Shown here one piece after another: positions 1 through 12,678 of a DNA stretch of 64,000 nt. Where the stretch lies: NCBI GenBank assembly GCA_010909165.1, contig MU008163.1:248001-312000 (forward strand). Direction: 5' to 3'. The DNA is from Anthoceros angustus (Eukaryota; Plantae; Anthocerotophyta). The notes beneath the pieces are model-generated. The model was given only the letters and a program-made list of their open reading frames with translations, was not told the DNA's origin and did no database searches. The number at the start of each line of letters is the position of its first letter. The stretch's first letter is position 1. A program made the position numbers and the translations under genes.

Positions 1-1750
1 GTCCATCCGCAAGGACCGGACAAATTCCTTCACCGGAGGAACAGGCAGCAAGGAGGCCAAGCGGGCGGAGGACCTCGCAGCAGAGGGGCGAGCGCAGCAG
101 AAGCAGAGGACGCCCGGGCGCAAGCGTAACGGGCGCGGATCTCGCGAGGCACGACCGACCAGAGCCAAGCCGAGAGGCTCGGTGGCCAAGGAGGCGGAGG
201 CCAAGGCCGATCGCGATCACTATCGCGTGATCGAACCGTGGAGGAGGCGGCCGAGCCACGCCAATCAAGGCCGAGCAAGTGGTCATGAGCAAGTACGGCC
301 GAGCCGTGAGGAGGCATCGAGGCCAAGACCCGGGAGATTGGGGACCTCTGTGCACTGGAGGTAGAAGGGCGGCAGGAGCCGGAGGATGAAGGACACCTTG
401 GAGTTGCAACCCAAGATGCACGGAGCAGCAGGGGTTCTCAACCCAGAGAATCCAAGACTCGAAGAGGTAGAACGCCCAGCCCGCTTGAAGACGGAGGAGA
501 ATAGGGGCAAGGAGTTCGACGCCGGTTGCTGCGCAGGATGGAAGTGAGTTTGACGGGATACCGCCCGCCTGAGAAGGAAGTGAGGACCGGAAAGAATAGA
601 GGGAAGAAAGCACCGGAGGAGAGGCATGCTCGTCCGGCCAGGGAAGGAAGGAGCTCACCCATGGCCCGCAAACTGGCGGAGCTGAACAACGACGGGAGGA
701 GGAGAACGTCGAGCAGCAGCGAAGGTTGCAAGAGGTAACGGAGGCAGCCTTGACGGCCTCAAGGGAGTCCGCCCGCCTACAGCTGGTAAGCTTGGCCACG
801 GAGACGGGCCAGCAGGCTGGGCGATCTGCTCAGTTGCCGGAGCACCTCTGGAGGAGGGAGTACCGGGTGCTCCGGGCTCATGTAGAGGAGGCGATTCAGC
901 AAGTCGATTCCGACTTCGCCTACTACCACGCAGAGCTCCTCAAGGCTCGAGGTCCTGCGCCACCCCAGCAGGAGGGTGGACTCAAGGGATGGAAGGAGGA
1001 GCGAGAGAGGACGGACCCGGGACAAAGACAACCGCTGGAGTCCTAGGAGCCTGCTTGACGACGGCAGCAGAGGCGAGGAGAGAGCTGGAGGAACCGGAGG
1101 AGGAAGGTCGCCACACCGAGGTAAGCACTCACCCTCGCATGGAAGGAGGGAGGATCTTGGAGGAAGCCGTGAGCCTGACGGGATACCGCCCGCCCGGAGA
1201 AGGAAGTGGCCTCCGGAAAGAATAGAGGGGGAAGCACCGGAGGAAAAGGCTACGCTTGCTCGTCCGGCCAAGTGAAGGGGAGCTCACCCATGGCCCAAAT
1301 GGCGGAACAACGACGGAGGAGGAGAACGCCGAAAACAAGGTTGCAAGAGGTAACGGAGGCAGCCTTGACGGCCTCAAGGGAGTCCGCCACCACACCGTAA
1401 GCCACACGAGACGCCCAGCCGGGCGATCCGCCTGGGCCGGAGCACCTGAGGAGGAGCACCCGGCTGTGTAGAGGAGGCGATCTCAAGTCGATTCCGACCG
1501 CCTACTACCACGCAGAGCCCTCAAGGCCTCGAGGTCCCGCGCCACCCCAGGCAGGAGGGTGGACTCAAGGGATGGAAGGAGGAGCGAGAGGACGGACCCG
1601 GGACAAAGACAACCGCTGGAGTCCTAGGAGCGCCTGCTTGACGACGGCAGCAGCGCGAGGGAGAGCAGGAGGAACCGGAGGAGGAAGGGTCCACACCGAG
1701 GTAAGCACTCAAGACCCTCGCATGGAAGGAGGAGCGAGAGGGAGGATCTT

Positions 1751-1768
1751 GAGAGGAAGGGAAAAGGG
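1751..1768 (+). promoter_or_regulatory. Polypurine tract (copies also at ~11196-11210 and ~25209-25226)
   Basis: GAGAGGAAGGGAAAAGGG immediately before the LTR-start TG. Confidence 0.75.
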
Positions 1769-2977
1769 TGCAACCGGGCATTCGGGAACCAAGGAGGGCT
1801 CAGGATGAACCCGTGACTAGCCCGTGAGGAGGCATGCCCAGAGTCGAGGGTCCTGACTTTGTCCCGGACTGAGGAAAGGCCGATCCCGAGGTCCGCCTCA
1901 AGGAAGTCTGGACTTAGGGATCCAGAGTGACGATCCGACCCCGAGGTCCGACCCTGTGGAAGGGTTGGGTCCAAGACCGACCGGAGGCAAGTCCGGCCCC
2001 GAGGACCTGACTCCAAAGAAGGTCCTGTGAGACCGGACCCCAGAGGGAAGACCTGACCTAGAGGTCCGGACTGAGTCAGACAGGGTCCCGAGGTCCAAAC
2101 TGGGAGTGGGGAGAGCCACACCAACCCCAAGCAGATCCAGCTTGAGGGCCCATCAGGGCCCGCCAGAGAGAAGAGGGAGGACGAGGAAGACTTGGTGATT
2201 GCGTGCCGCCGTCGATGCACTGGAAGAGGAATTGGATCATCCGACAGCGCGCACTGATGTGGCCTTGGGTGCCAAGAAGGAATGATCCGCCCCCACCACC
2301 GACGGCGAGAAGGAATAGGAGGGTAGTAGTAGGCGTCGGTTAGCACCGAAATGCCTCACCGTAATAGAGGTGTAATAAAGGCGCCGACCTTAGTATAAGA
2401 GGGCTAAGGCCAATAAATCATCTTTCTCTTGGTGTTGATGCCGCTCTGCGCACCTTTGTGTGTCTTCTTGCTAACGTGAGTCCCGAGTCACCGAAAGGTG
2501 CACGACACCCGGGAGATTGATCAGGTCCCGTGACGACCTAACGTGTTGTGGTGTGTGCAGGAAGGGTGATCTGACCCGTGCTCGCCCGAGCCGCCCAAAG
2601 ACCGAACGGACGAACGCGTGAGCCGAGGAACTCCGGAGGGCGGCAGCCCGGACGAGAGGCCCGCTGAACGACGGAGGAGGTCCGGACTGGTAACCCGGCC
2701 TTTTCTAAGACCGAGAGTGCGTGAGGGAGAGAGGAAAGGACGAAGTGTGAGTGACGAATGTGAACGATACGGACGCGAACGGGTCTAAACGCTTGGCCAT
2801 ACCGGCCTGTGACGGTGAACGCTAGAGTAGTTAGAGTAGTGTGCGTTGAGATCAACGAGCGCGGCGCGGTAGGAATCACCAAACGCTGCAAACGGAGCCT
2901 ATCATTCCTTTGGGAACGGATTTCTTCCTACAACGACACGGATTGTGGCGCGCCGCTATCACGAAAGTCGCGCCACA
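1769..2977 (+). repeat. LTR copy 1 (~1.2 kb, TG...CA)
   Basis: Starts TGCAACCGGG right after a purine tract; ends GTCGCGCCACA right before TTT plus PBS; homologous to 11211-12447 and 25227-26490. Confidence 0.85.
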
Positions 2978-3211
2978 TTTTGGCGCTGCCGGGAATGAAA
3001 TCGCCCGTAGCGCGTGGATGCGTGGAGGACGGAGGTAGTTAAGGAAGAATTGCTAAGAGAGTCGGACGCCAGATCGCCGAGCGCCCGAGCGCAGTACGTG
3101 AGAGACGACGAGCTCGAGGCGAGTCAACGAACCGCAGGCGTGGAATTGTCGGATCGTGAGGAGGAAGGCAGGCGTGGCGAAGAGGAGCGATCTCACCCCT
3201 TACGCGACACG

Positions 3212-6200
3212 ATGGCAACAACAACGACCAAAAGTTTACTCTTTGGAGGTAAGAAGGAGCGGATGCGAAACCTTTGTTGAGGATTTCGTATCCCGAGCGA
3301 ACTTCAACGGAGAAGGGTCGGATGCAGCTCAAATTGCTCCAAGGGGTCCGGGGACAGGCCGGTACCGGAGGAAGTACCGGCCACCCTGCAACGCCTCGCG
3401 ACCTTCAAGCATCAAGGATGCCTTCTGGAAAGATTCCGCGAATCGATCAAGAAGGCTACATCCCGCCCAAGCTTGAGAACCCAAAGAGGGCAAGACGGAA
3501 AAAGTTGGGATCGACATCGAACGGTTCTATGCCCTCCGGATCGGCACCCCACCCACACCACGGCGCAGCGGTGCGTTGGTTCGCAGCCTACCTAAGCCAA
3601 TGGCTAAGCATGCCGCTGCGCAGAAGGATGTGAGTAAGGCGAGCGGCGGAAAACTAAGAATCGATGCACCAACGAACGAGAACGACTCAAGGAGGAAAGA
3701 AGAAGAAAAGAGGCGGAATCGGAATCAAGATGAAGAGCCCTGAAGGAGAGGAGGAAGAGACCGAGGTCACTGGAGGAAGAGGAGGAGACAGAATCCAAGC
3801 TCCAGAGGCGAGGAGCCGCCCGCAAAAACAAGAAGAAGGCTGTGGTGAAACGGCGGCGCGGGAAGAAGGAGGTCGCGATACTAGCTCCGGTGCGCGAGGC
3901 CCCTTCGGACCCCGCCCCCTTGAAAGAGGTAGCTGGGTTGAGGGAAGACCTGGAGAGAGTCATAAAAAAGGTGGAAGAGTTGACGATCAATCAGGTGAAA
4001 GATCGTGAGCGACGCAAGGTGGCCACCACGGTCAGGACTCATTTATGGTGTGCGGTGTGCCACCAAAGATGGGCACTGGCGAATTGCCCTCCGCACTGTG
4101 AACTGTAGAGTACGACTATGAGGAGGAGCCTGAGGAACAGTGGGAGGATGCTTACCAAGTGCAAGAAGCACCCCCGGGGCCGCGATACCCGAAGACGATG
4201 TATCCGCCGGAGGTCCATCCATACACCGCCTCCGATGCAACCTCGAATGGGAGGACCTCCATTCTTCGGCAGCGGTGGTCTGGAACTGGGAACCCCGGAC
4301 ACTACTCCAACGCCTCCCATACCCCACCAGACAAGGTAACGGAGACTTTGAACGGCTGTGTGGAGATTGTAAGCAGGCGGGGCACATGCCAGGCAGAACC
4401 CTGTGTCCGAATCCTCGCTCGAGGACGGTACGCTACGCAACCCCGGCTGGGGAGCCAAGACCACCGACGCCCCCCCTCCCTAAGGCGGCGCCTGTGCTAC
4501 AAATTGAAGACGCACAACTGGCGGAGTGGGAGGAGGCACCGAGGGAGCCTGAAACGAGGTGGTACGAAGCAAGTTCGGCCAAGGAGAAGAAGGCGGACCT
4601 GGAGGTACTGGAAGTGTCAACCCGGAGTCGCCGAAAGGAGCGGAAGGAACGGAGACAGTTTAAGAGGAAGAAAAATGGGGATAGTCCCACGGATACGGAG
4701 GACGGAACACCCGCGAAGGAAGCCGAACCCGCCAAAGAGGACGAGTTAAACCGGGCAGCCCTGCCAGGAGAAGAAACCCCCCAAAAGCCACCGGGAGTCT
4801 CCGGAGAAGCGGACTCACCTACGGCAACGCCGCAGCTTCCCACCGGATGTGGTTCGAAGTGACCGAGATGCTTCAAGAAGAACTCCGACAGACCCGTAAG
4901 GTCCGACCACAAACAGCAAGAGCCAAACGCTGAGGAGACAAGGCGACGCAGAGAGAACCACCCGCCCTTTCAAGGTGACTTGATGATGGACCAACAACAC
5001 TTGGTGTCCCTTAGGCGCTTGTTAAAGGACAACCCGTATCGATGTGAAGTCCGAAGGCCATCGTGGAAACGCAACCACGCCGGAACTCCTTGGTCCTAAG
5101 GGCAAGAACGTGGAGGTAAGGGTCGATCTCATACGGACCCCGGGCGCCAGCAGTGGAAATTGGGGTGTGTAATTAAAAACGTCTAGACACGGGTCGGAGG
5201 AACCTCATCACCGAGGCCACCGCAAGACGGCCGGGTTCACCACCTTCGAGCCATCCACCAAAACCCTCGTGATGGCGGACATGTCGCGCGAGCGCCAGCA
5301 GGGAGTTGTCCGAGTCCAAGCCACCATAGCGGAGCCCCTATACATTAGATTTTGTCGCCATCGACCCGCCGACCTGGGGTATGAGGTCCGCGAAGCGGCC
5401 GGCGCCTCGCCGATAAAACTACACTTTGGACGGAAGGAAATACACTTGCCGTGGACTGGGATCCAAGGTGAGGGAAGGACGGTAGCGATTACCGGAGTAA
5501 GGACATATCGCGGGTGAAAACCGCACTAGTAGGGTACACCTCCGCCAAGATGGGACGATGAACGCGAGGATACGAATGAGGACTACCCTTTCCCCAAAAT
5601 CACGTGGTCAGAGGAGGAGATGGATTACCGGAGGGACGCCTTTGGAGCGGAGGTGGACGAGGAGGTCATCGATTGTTTTAGGGTGGACTCTGCGGCGGAA
5701 CAAGAGCCGGGGGAAGGCAATCAAGAGGAGGGTCCAGCAGAGGACGGGGAGGTAGAAACTGAGGAAGTAACCCGTTTCACTTCGGACGAGCTCTTTCGGG
5801 AGTGGGGAATGCGTGAAGATGAACCTCGGATGGAGGACGACGGCCGGACGAGCGGGCGAAGAGAAAGGGAGACCACCAACCCGACGATGTGGAAGACGTG
5901 GAGGTTCGCCAGGAAATTCCTCAAATTCCGCAAGGGCATGCCGGAGGGAAAACGAGACCTCACACGCTTGTTGGGGAATTCAATGGGTGTTTGCTTTCAA
6001 GGTCACGGATATGAAAGGCATTCAAACAAGGCTAACACCGGATAGATCTGAAGCCGTGAGCGGTGCCTGCTCGATTAGGGCAAGATAAATCAATCCCAAG
6101 CACTCGCCAAGGTCAAGGAAGTCCCGGATAAGTATCCGGAAGCGACATCATCTTCCCAATCGTAAATAAAGGAGTGGGTGGCGCCCATTGTGGTCGTGGC

Positions 6201-6775
6201 CAAGAAGCGCAGGGCGATTCGGGTCTGCCAGATCGGAGAAAGCTTAACGCCGCCACGAAAAGGACCATTTCCCATGCCCTTTGTGGACGACATATCGATA
6301 GGTGGCGGCCGGAGTACCTACTCCTTCTTGGACGGCCTACTGGCCACAACCGCCACACCTAAGGGGAGTCGGACGATAAGACAACATTCACCACGGAGTG
6401 GGGGACGCTTGCCTACAAACGGAGCGCCTTCGGATGACAGAGCACCCGGATCATTTATGGATGGTGACCAATGTCTTCCGGAATTCTAGGGACTTCATGG
6501 AGGTGTTCTTGGACGACTTGTGCACGGAGAGGAGGACAAACACGGGACATTTATGAAGTGTTTGGAACGATGTAGGAGACTCAACTGCCTCGCATCCGAG
6601 AAGTGCTACTGCATGACAGAGGGAATCTTGTTGGGGCACCGAGTGTCGAAGAGGGATAGAGGTGGACCAAGACAAGGTGAAAGTCATCCCCTCGCAGCCC
6701 ACCAACGAACTTGAAGGAGTTACGGGACCCCGGCATGGTGGGTTACTATAGTTTATACAAGATTTTGCAAAGCGG
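3212..6775 (+). mobile_element. Unit 1 gag-pol (gag, PR, RT), frameshifted and cut off before RNase H and integrase
   Basis: MATTTTK...DAETFVEDF gag start, zinc-knuckle remnants, RT motifs at ~6170-6530. At ~6775 it jumps straight to post-integrase sequence. Confidence 0.8.
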
Positions 6776-7419
6776 TGTGGACTACGGGCTTCCCCGGGGG
6801 TTAGAAATTAGGTAGGATTTTGTTTTTGTGGAGCGAAGGATAAAATGAGGCTAAAAGGGGAAATAAGATGCTAGCACTGGACGGCACTGAGTATACTCCG
6901 ACCGGAGTGAGGAACGACTAGACCTACGATGGCGCGCAAGGTAACGGATAAGTCCGACCCACCTGTGACCGTGCAGTGATAAGTACGCCAGGAAAGTAAC
7001 TTAGAAGTTGCCGTAAGGACGGACCAGGCGACGCCACGTGACGACCCCGAGTGGAGGACGGCATGCGCCGGGTCAGACCGTAACCTGCCGAGGCCGTTAT
7101 AGGGTGTATTCACGCCTGGCCGCGCGCGCGCGAGGGGCCGCAGTACGCGGCGGAGGCGTACGCGGCAGCAGAGGCCGCAGTGCCGCGCACTCTCGCTACG
7201 GATGTGGAAGAGGCGCCCCGCCCCGCCGGTTACTCCCGGCGTGGTCGCGAAGAAGGTCATGCCGCAGCCGAGACACCGCGATCTCGCGCCCGCAACCGCT
7301 CGGGCGGTATCTCGTGGACACTGACGCTCGCGCGCGGCTCACCGCTGAGGTCGGAGCAGAACGCGCGGCGAAGGCGCAACGCTGCCAGCCTCCGGCGGCC
7401 ACAAAGAACCAAGGAGGAG

Positions 7420-10400
7420 AAGGCGATGGCACCCAAAAGCCCGCGGAAGTTTGGGAGCCATGGAACCTTGTGGAGCGCAACATTGTGACCCGCGCTATCC
7501 GGACTTTGGGCTCGCCCAGGAAGCGGAGAATTGGTGCAGGAGTGGCATTTGGATGTGTTCCATGGTCCGGACATTTGAGCACCGTCCGGAGTTTGCCCGA
7601 AGATGCCGGCGGCGGTCAACAAGGAGGTGCGGTCCAAGAACCTCCGGAGGACCCAAGGCGATGGACCTTGAGGTCCCGAGGCGGCCTACAACCGCCCAAG
7701 GAGGAAGAGGGGAGGGTGCCGAGCCCCTCAAGGCGGGGAAGATAGGGCCACGCACAGTGATGCTAAGGCTCGACGCAACGGACCACCAACGGTTGGTCGA
7801 TATCCGACCGCTGGAGCCGTGGGCCCGATCATTGTCCATCGAACCTACTCACCAAGGTGGATCACCTTGGTGATAATCTATTGGTGTTCCCGCACGCGCA
7901 GAAAGAGGGCGACTGGGAAGGATTATCTTCGCCTGCCAGCTGTGAGGCTCGCAAGCTCAGACCGAGAAGCCTCGCCATCTGGGCCCCCATACCGATCCAT
8001 GTATGGGGCATTTCAGCTCCTCAAGGAAGGAGAGCTTGAGCGAGCGCCCGGAAAGGACCGGAGGCCCCGCCAAGTGGAGCGGCAAGGGCGCCGGAGGAGG
8101 AGGCCGGTCGTCAAAACCAAACGGACTCGGAGGAGGACGATCGAGGATTCCTGACTCCATACGTGAACGGACCCCTCACCACCTGTGGAAGTATGGGAAG
8201 CCCGCCTCCTCCTTCCGTGCCCCAACCACAGCCCAAGAGGCGCCTGACCCCAGCCCGCCACGCCATCACTCCTACCGAGGAGCCCCCGACTGTGAGAGAG
8301 CCAAGAGACGCAAGACCACGGCTACCAACGCTGCACCCTGGGCGCAAGACTCTTCCCCGCCACGGAGTGGCAAGAAGCGAGGAAGCAGAAGGAGGGCGAA
8401 GGGACGCCGCCTGTGAGCGGAGGACACCGCAGCACCGATCCAGAGCCGGGTCCCGCCGGCTGTGAAGGGGCAAAGGGCGTGCTCCTGACTCCATCACCTC
8501 CGCCGAGCCCTGGAGAAAAGGGCGAGAAGGAGCTCGCGCAAAAGGGCCAAGGAGGGGAAGCTGAGTCAAGACTCGTGACCTAAGGGTCCCGATTGGTCCG
8601 AGAACCCACCGACTTGCTCCGGATCATGCGTATGGAGGTCCTCGACGCGGAGATGCCGCCCCGCACGGACTTTGTGGGAGCCTCACAGCCGGCCGTGGAA
8701 GAAATTCCCCGCCTCCTCCTTCCGTGCCCCAACCAACCACAGCAGAAGCCCCGACCCCAGCAGCCCGCCATCACTCCTACCGAGGAGCCCCCGACTGTGA
8801 GAGAGCCAAGAGACGCAAGACCACGGCTACCAACGCTACCCTGCCGTGCAAGACTCCCCGCCACGGAGTGGCAAGAAGCGGAGGAAGCAGAAGGAGGGCG
8901 AAGGACGCCGCCTGGAGCGGAGGACACCGCAGCACCGATCCAGAGCCGGGTCCCGCCGGCTGTGAAGGGGCAAAGGGCGTGCTCCTGACTCCATCACCTC
9001 CGCCGAGCCCTGTGGAGAAAAGGGCGGAGAAGGAGCTCGCGCCAAAAGGGCCAAGGAGGGGAAGCTCGAGTCACTCGTGACCTAAGGGTCCCGATTAGGT
9101 CCGAGAACCCCCGACTTGCCCGATCATGGTATGGAGGTCCTGACGGACTGTGAGATGCCGCCCCGCACGGACTTTGTGGGAGCCTCACAGGGCCGTGGAA
9201 GAAACACGGGTCCTGCTACCGCCATGGACGGTATGCCTGGGTCTCGCGGGATGGCCGAGAAGACCTGGAGGTAGAAGCCACCCGAGGCGCATGGTACTCC
9301 TCCAGAGCAGCTGGAGGGAGCCCAGAGGCGAGAAGGAAGGCCAAGCTCGGCCGATTGAGGAAGGAAAACGCCGGGAGGCGGAGAGGGAGGTCCGTCCATC
9401 CGCAAGGACCGGACTAAATTCCTTCACTGGAGGAGAGGCTCGTGAAGGTGGCCAAGGAGGCCCAAGCGGGCGGAGGACCTCGCAGCAGAGGGGCGAGCGC
9501 AGCAGAAGCGAGGACGCCCGGCGCAAGCGAACGGGCGGATCTCGCGAGGCAGCCTGACCGACCGAGCCAAGCCGAGAGGCTCGTGAAGGTGGCCAAGGAG
9601 GCGGAGGCCACGGCGAGCCGATCGCGATCACTATCGGCGTGATCGAACCGGTGGAGGGAGGCGGCCGAGAGAGCCGCCAATCAAGGCCGAGCAAGGGAGC
9701 AAGCACGGCCGAGCCGTGAGGAGGCATGGAGGCCAGACCCGGGAGATTGGGGACCCTGTGGTGCACTGCAGGAGGTAGAAGGCGGGCAGGAGCCGGAGGA
9801 CAAGAAGGACACCTTGGAGTTGCAACCCAAGATGCACGAAAGCAGGGGTTCTCAACGAGAATCCAAGACTTCGAGCGAGGTAGAACGCCCAGCCCGCTTG
9901 AAGACGGAGGAGAACAGGCGTGCAAGGAGTTCACGCCGCAAGGTTGCGCAGGATGGCGGAAGCCGTGAGCCTGACGGGATACCGCCCGCCGGAGAAGGAA
10001 GTGGAGGACCGGAAAGAATAGAGGGGAAGAAAGCACTGGAGGAGAGGCTAGCTGCGTCCGGCAGGTGGAAGGAGAGCTCACCATGGCCCGCAAATCAAGT
10101 GAGCCGGAACAACGACGGAGGAGGAGAACGCCGAGCAGCCAAGGTTGCAAGAGGTGAGGTGGCCAAGGAGGCGGCCTCAAGGGAGTCCGCCATACCGTAA
10201 GCTTGGCCACGGAGACGGGCCAGCAGTGGGCGACCCGAGCACCTGGAGGAGGGAGTACGGTGCTGGGCTCATGTAGAGGAGGCGGCCGAGAGAGCCGCGC
10301 CAATCAAGGCCGAGCAAGTGGTCATGAGCAAGCACTCGAGCCGTGAGGAGGCATGGAGGCCAAGACCCGGGAGATTGGGGACCCTGTGGTGCACTGCAGG

Positions 10401-11190
10401 AGGTAGAAGGCGAGGCGTGGAGCCGGAGGACAAGAAGGACACCTTGGAGTTGCAACCCAAGATGCACGGAGCAGCAGGGGTTCTCAACGAGAGAATCCAA
10501 GACTTCGAGCGAGAGGTAGAACGCCCAGCCTCCGCTGAAGACGGAGGAGAATAGGCGGTGCAAGGAGTTCACGCCGCAAGGTTGCGCAGGATGGCGGAAG
10601 CCGTGAGCCTGACGGGATACCGCCCGCCTGGAGAAGGAAGTGGAGGACCTCCGGAAAGAATAGACGAGGGAAGAAAGCACCGAGGAAGGAGCTTGCTCGT
10701 CCGGGTGAGGAAGCAGAGGAGCTCACCATGGCCCGCAATCAAGTGAGCAAAACAACGACGGAGGAGGAGAACGCCGAGCAGCCAAGGTTGCAAGAGGTAA
10801 CGAGGCAGCCTTGACGGCCTCAAGGGAGTCCGCCCGCCACACCGTAAGCTTGGCCACGAGACGGGCTGCCAGGCCGGGCGATCCGCCACGGAGCACCTGG
10901 AGGAGGGAGTACTGTGCCCGGCTCATGAGGAGGCGATCTGAAGTCGATTCCGACCGCCTACTACCACGCAGAGCTCCTCAAGGCTCGAGGTCCCGCGCCA
11001 CCCCAGGCAGGAGGGTGGACTCAAGGGATGGAAGGAGGAGCGAGAGAGGACGGACCGGACAGACAAGGAGTCCTAGGAGCGCCTGCTTGACGACGGCAGC
11101 AGCAGGCGAAGGAGAGCAGGAGGAACCGGAGGAGGAAGGGCGCCACACCGAGGTAAGCACTCTGACCCTCGCATGGAAGGACGAGGGAGG
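7420..11190 (+). mobile_element. Extra sense ORF of the retroelement (unit 1 copy), between pol and the 3' LTR
   Basis: MAPK.PAEVWEPWNLVERNIV...HWNLLTKVDHLGDNLLVFLHAL..GKRADW.RIIFARL, then P/E-rich linker, then coiled-coil (DRDHYRRDR; AHVEEAIQQVDSDFAYYHAELL). The 3' end of the previous unit's copy is at 1-1750. Confidence 0.7.
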
Positions 11191-11210
11191 ATCTTGAGAG
11201 GAAGGAAAGG

Positions 11211-12447
11211 TGCAACCGGGCATTCGGGAACCAAGGAGGGCTCTGGATGAACCTGACCAGCCCGTGAGGAGGCATGCCCAGATCGAGGTCCTGACTTTGT
11301 CCGACTGAGGAAAGGCCGATCCCGAGGTCCGCCTCAAGGAAGTCCGACTTAGGGATCCACTCAGTGACCGGACCCGAGGTCCGGACCCTGTGGAAGGGTT
11401 GGGTCCAAGACCGACGAGGCAAGTCCGGCCCCGAGGACCGGACTCAGAAGAAGGCCGGCCCAGAGACCGGACTCAGGGAAGACCGACCCCAGAGGTCCGG
11501 ACCGAGTCGAGACAGGTCCCGAGGTCCAAACTCGGGAGTGGGGAGAGCCACCACCACCAACCCCAGCAGATCCCCTTGAGGGCCCATGCCAGGGGCCCGC
11601 CAGAGAGAGAAGAGGGAGGACGAGGAAGACTTGGTGGTGACCCGTGCTCGTCGCCGCCACGGTGGCGCACCGGCTGCATCGGAAGAGGAAGGGGTCGGAT
11701 CATCCGATTGCGCGCCGCACTGTGGCCGCCGTGCCAAGAAGGAATCTATCCCACCCCACCACCGACGGGCGAGATAGGAATAGGAGATAGTAGGCGGCCG
11801 GTTAGGCACACCGAAATGGCCTCACCGTAATAGAGGTAATAAAGGCGCCGACCGGCGTAGTATAAGAGGGCTAAGGCCGCTCAATAAATCATCTTTCTTG
11901 GTGTTGATGCCGCTGCGCACCTTTGTGTGTCTTCTTGCTAACGTGAGTCCCGAGTCACCGAAAGGTGCACGATACCCGGGAGATTGATCGTGGTCCCGTG
12001 ACGGACCTAACGTGTTGTGGTGTGTGGGAAGGGTGATCGGTGACCCGTGCTCGCCCGAGCCGCCCAAAGACCGAACGGACGAACGTGAGCCGGAGGAACT
12101 CCGGAGGGCGGCAGAGCCCGGACGGAGAGGCCGAACGACGGAGGAGGTCCGGACTGTAACCCGCGGCCTTTTCTAAGACCGATGAGTGTAGCGTGAGGGG
12201 AGAGAGGAAAGGACCGAAGTGTGAGGACGAATGTGAAACGGACGCGAACGGGTCTAAACGCTTGGCCATACCGGCCCAGACGGTGAACGCTAGAGTAGTT
12301 AGGAGTATGTGCGTTGAGGCCGAACGAGCGCAAGTGCGTAGAATCACCAAACGCGCAAACGGAGCCTATCATTCCTTTGGGAACGGACTTCTTCCTACAA
12401 CGACACGGATTGTGCGCTACCGCTGGCCATCACGAAAGTCGCGCACA
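11211..12447 (+). repeat. LTR copy 2 (shared between units 1 and 2)
   Basis: TGCAACCGGG...GTCGCGCACA, preceded by PPT and followed by PBS. Confidence 0.85.
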
Positions 12448-12678
12448 TTTTGGCGCTGTCGGGAATGAAATCGCGTAGCCGCGTGGATGCGTGGAGGACG
12501 GAGGTAGTTAAGGAGAATTAAGAGAGTCGGACGCCAGATCGCCGAGCGCCCGAGCGCAGTAACGTGAGAGACGACGAGCTCGAGGCGAGGTCACAACCGC
12601 AGGCGGTGGAGTTGTCGGATCGAGAGGAGGAAGCAAGTCAGGGTGGCGCAAGAGGAGCGGTTCCTCCGCCTTGCGACG

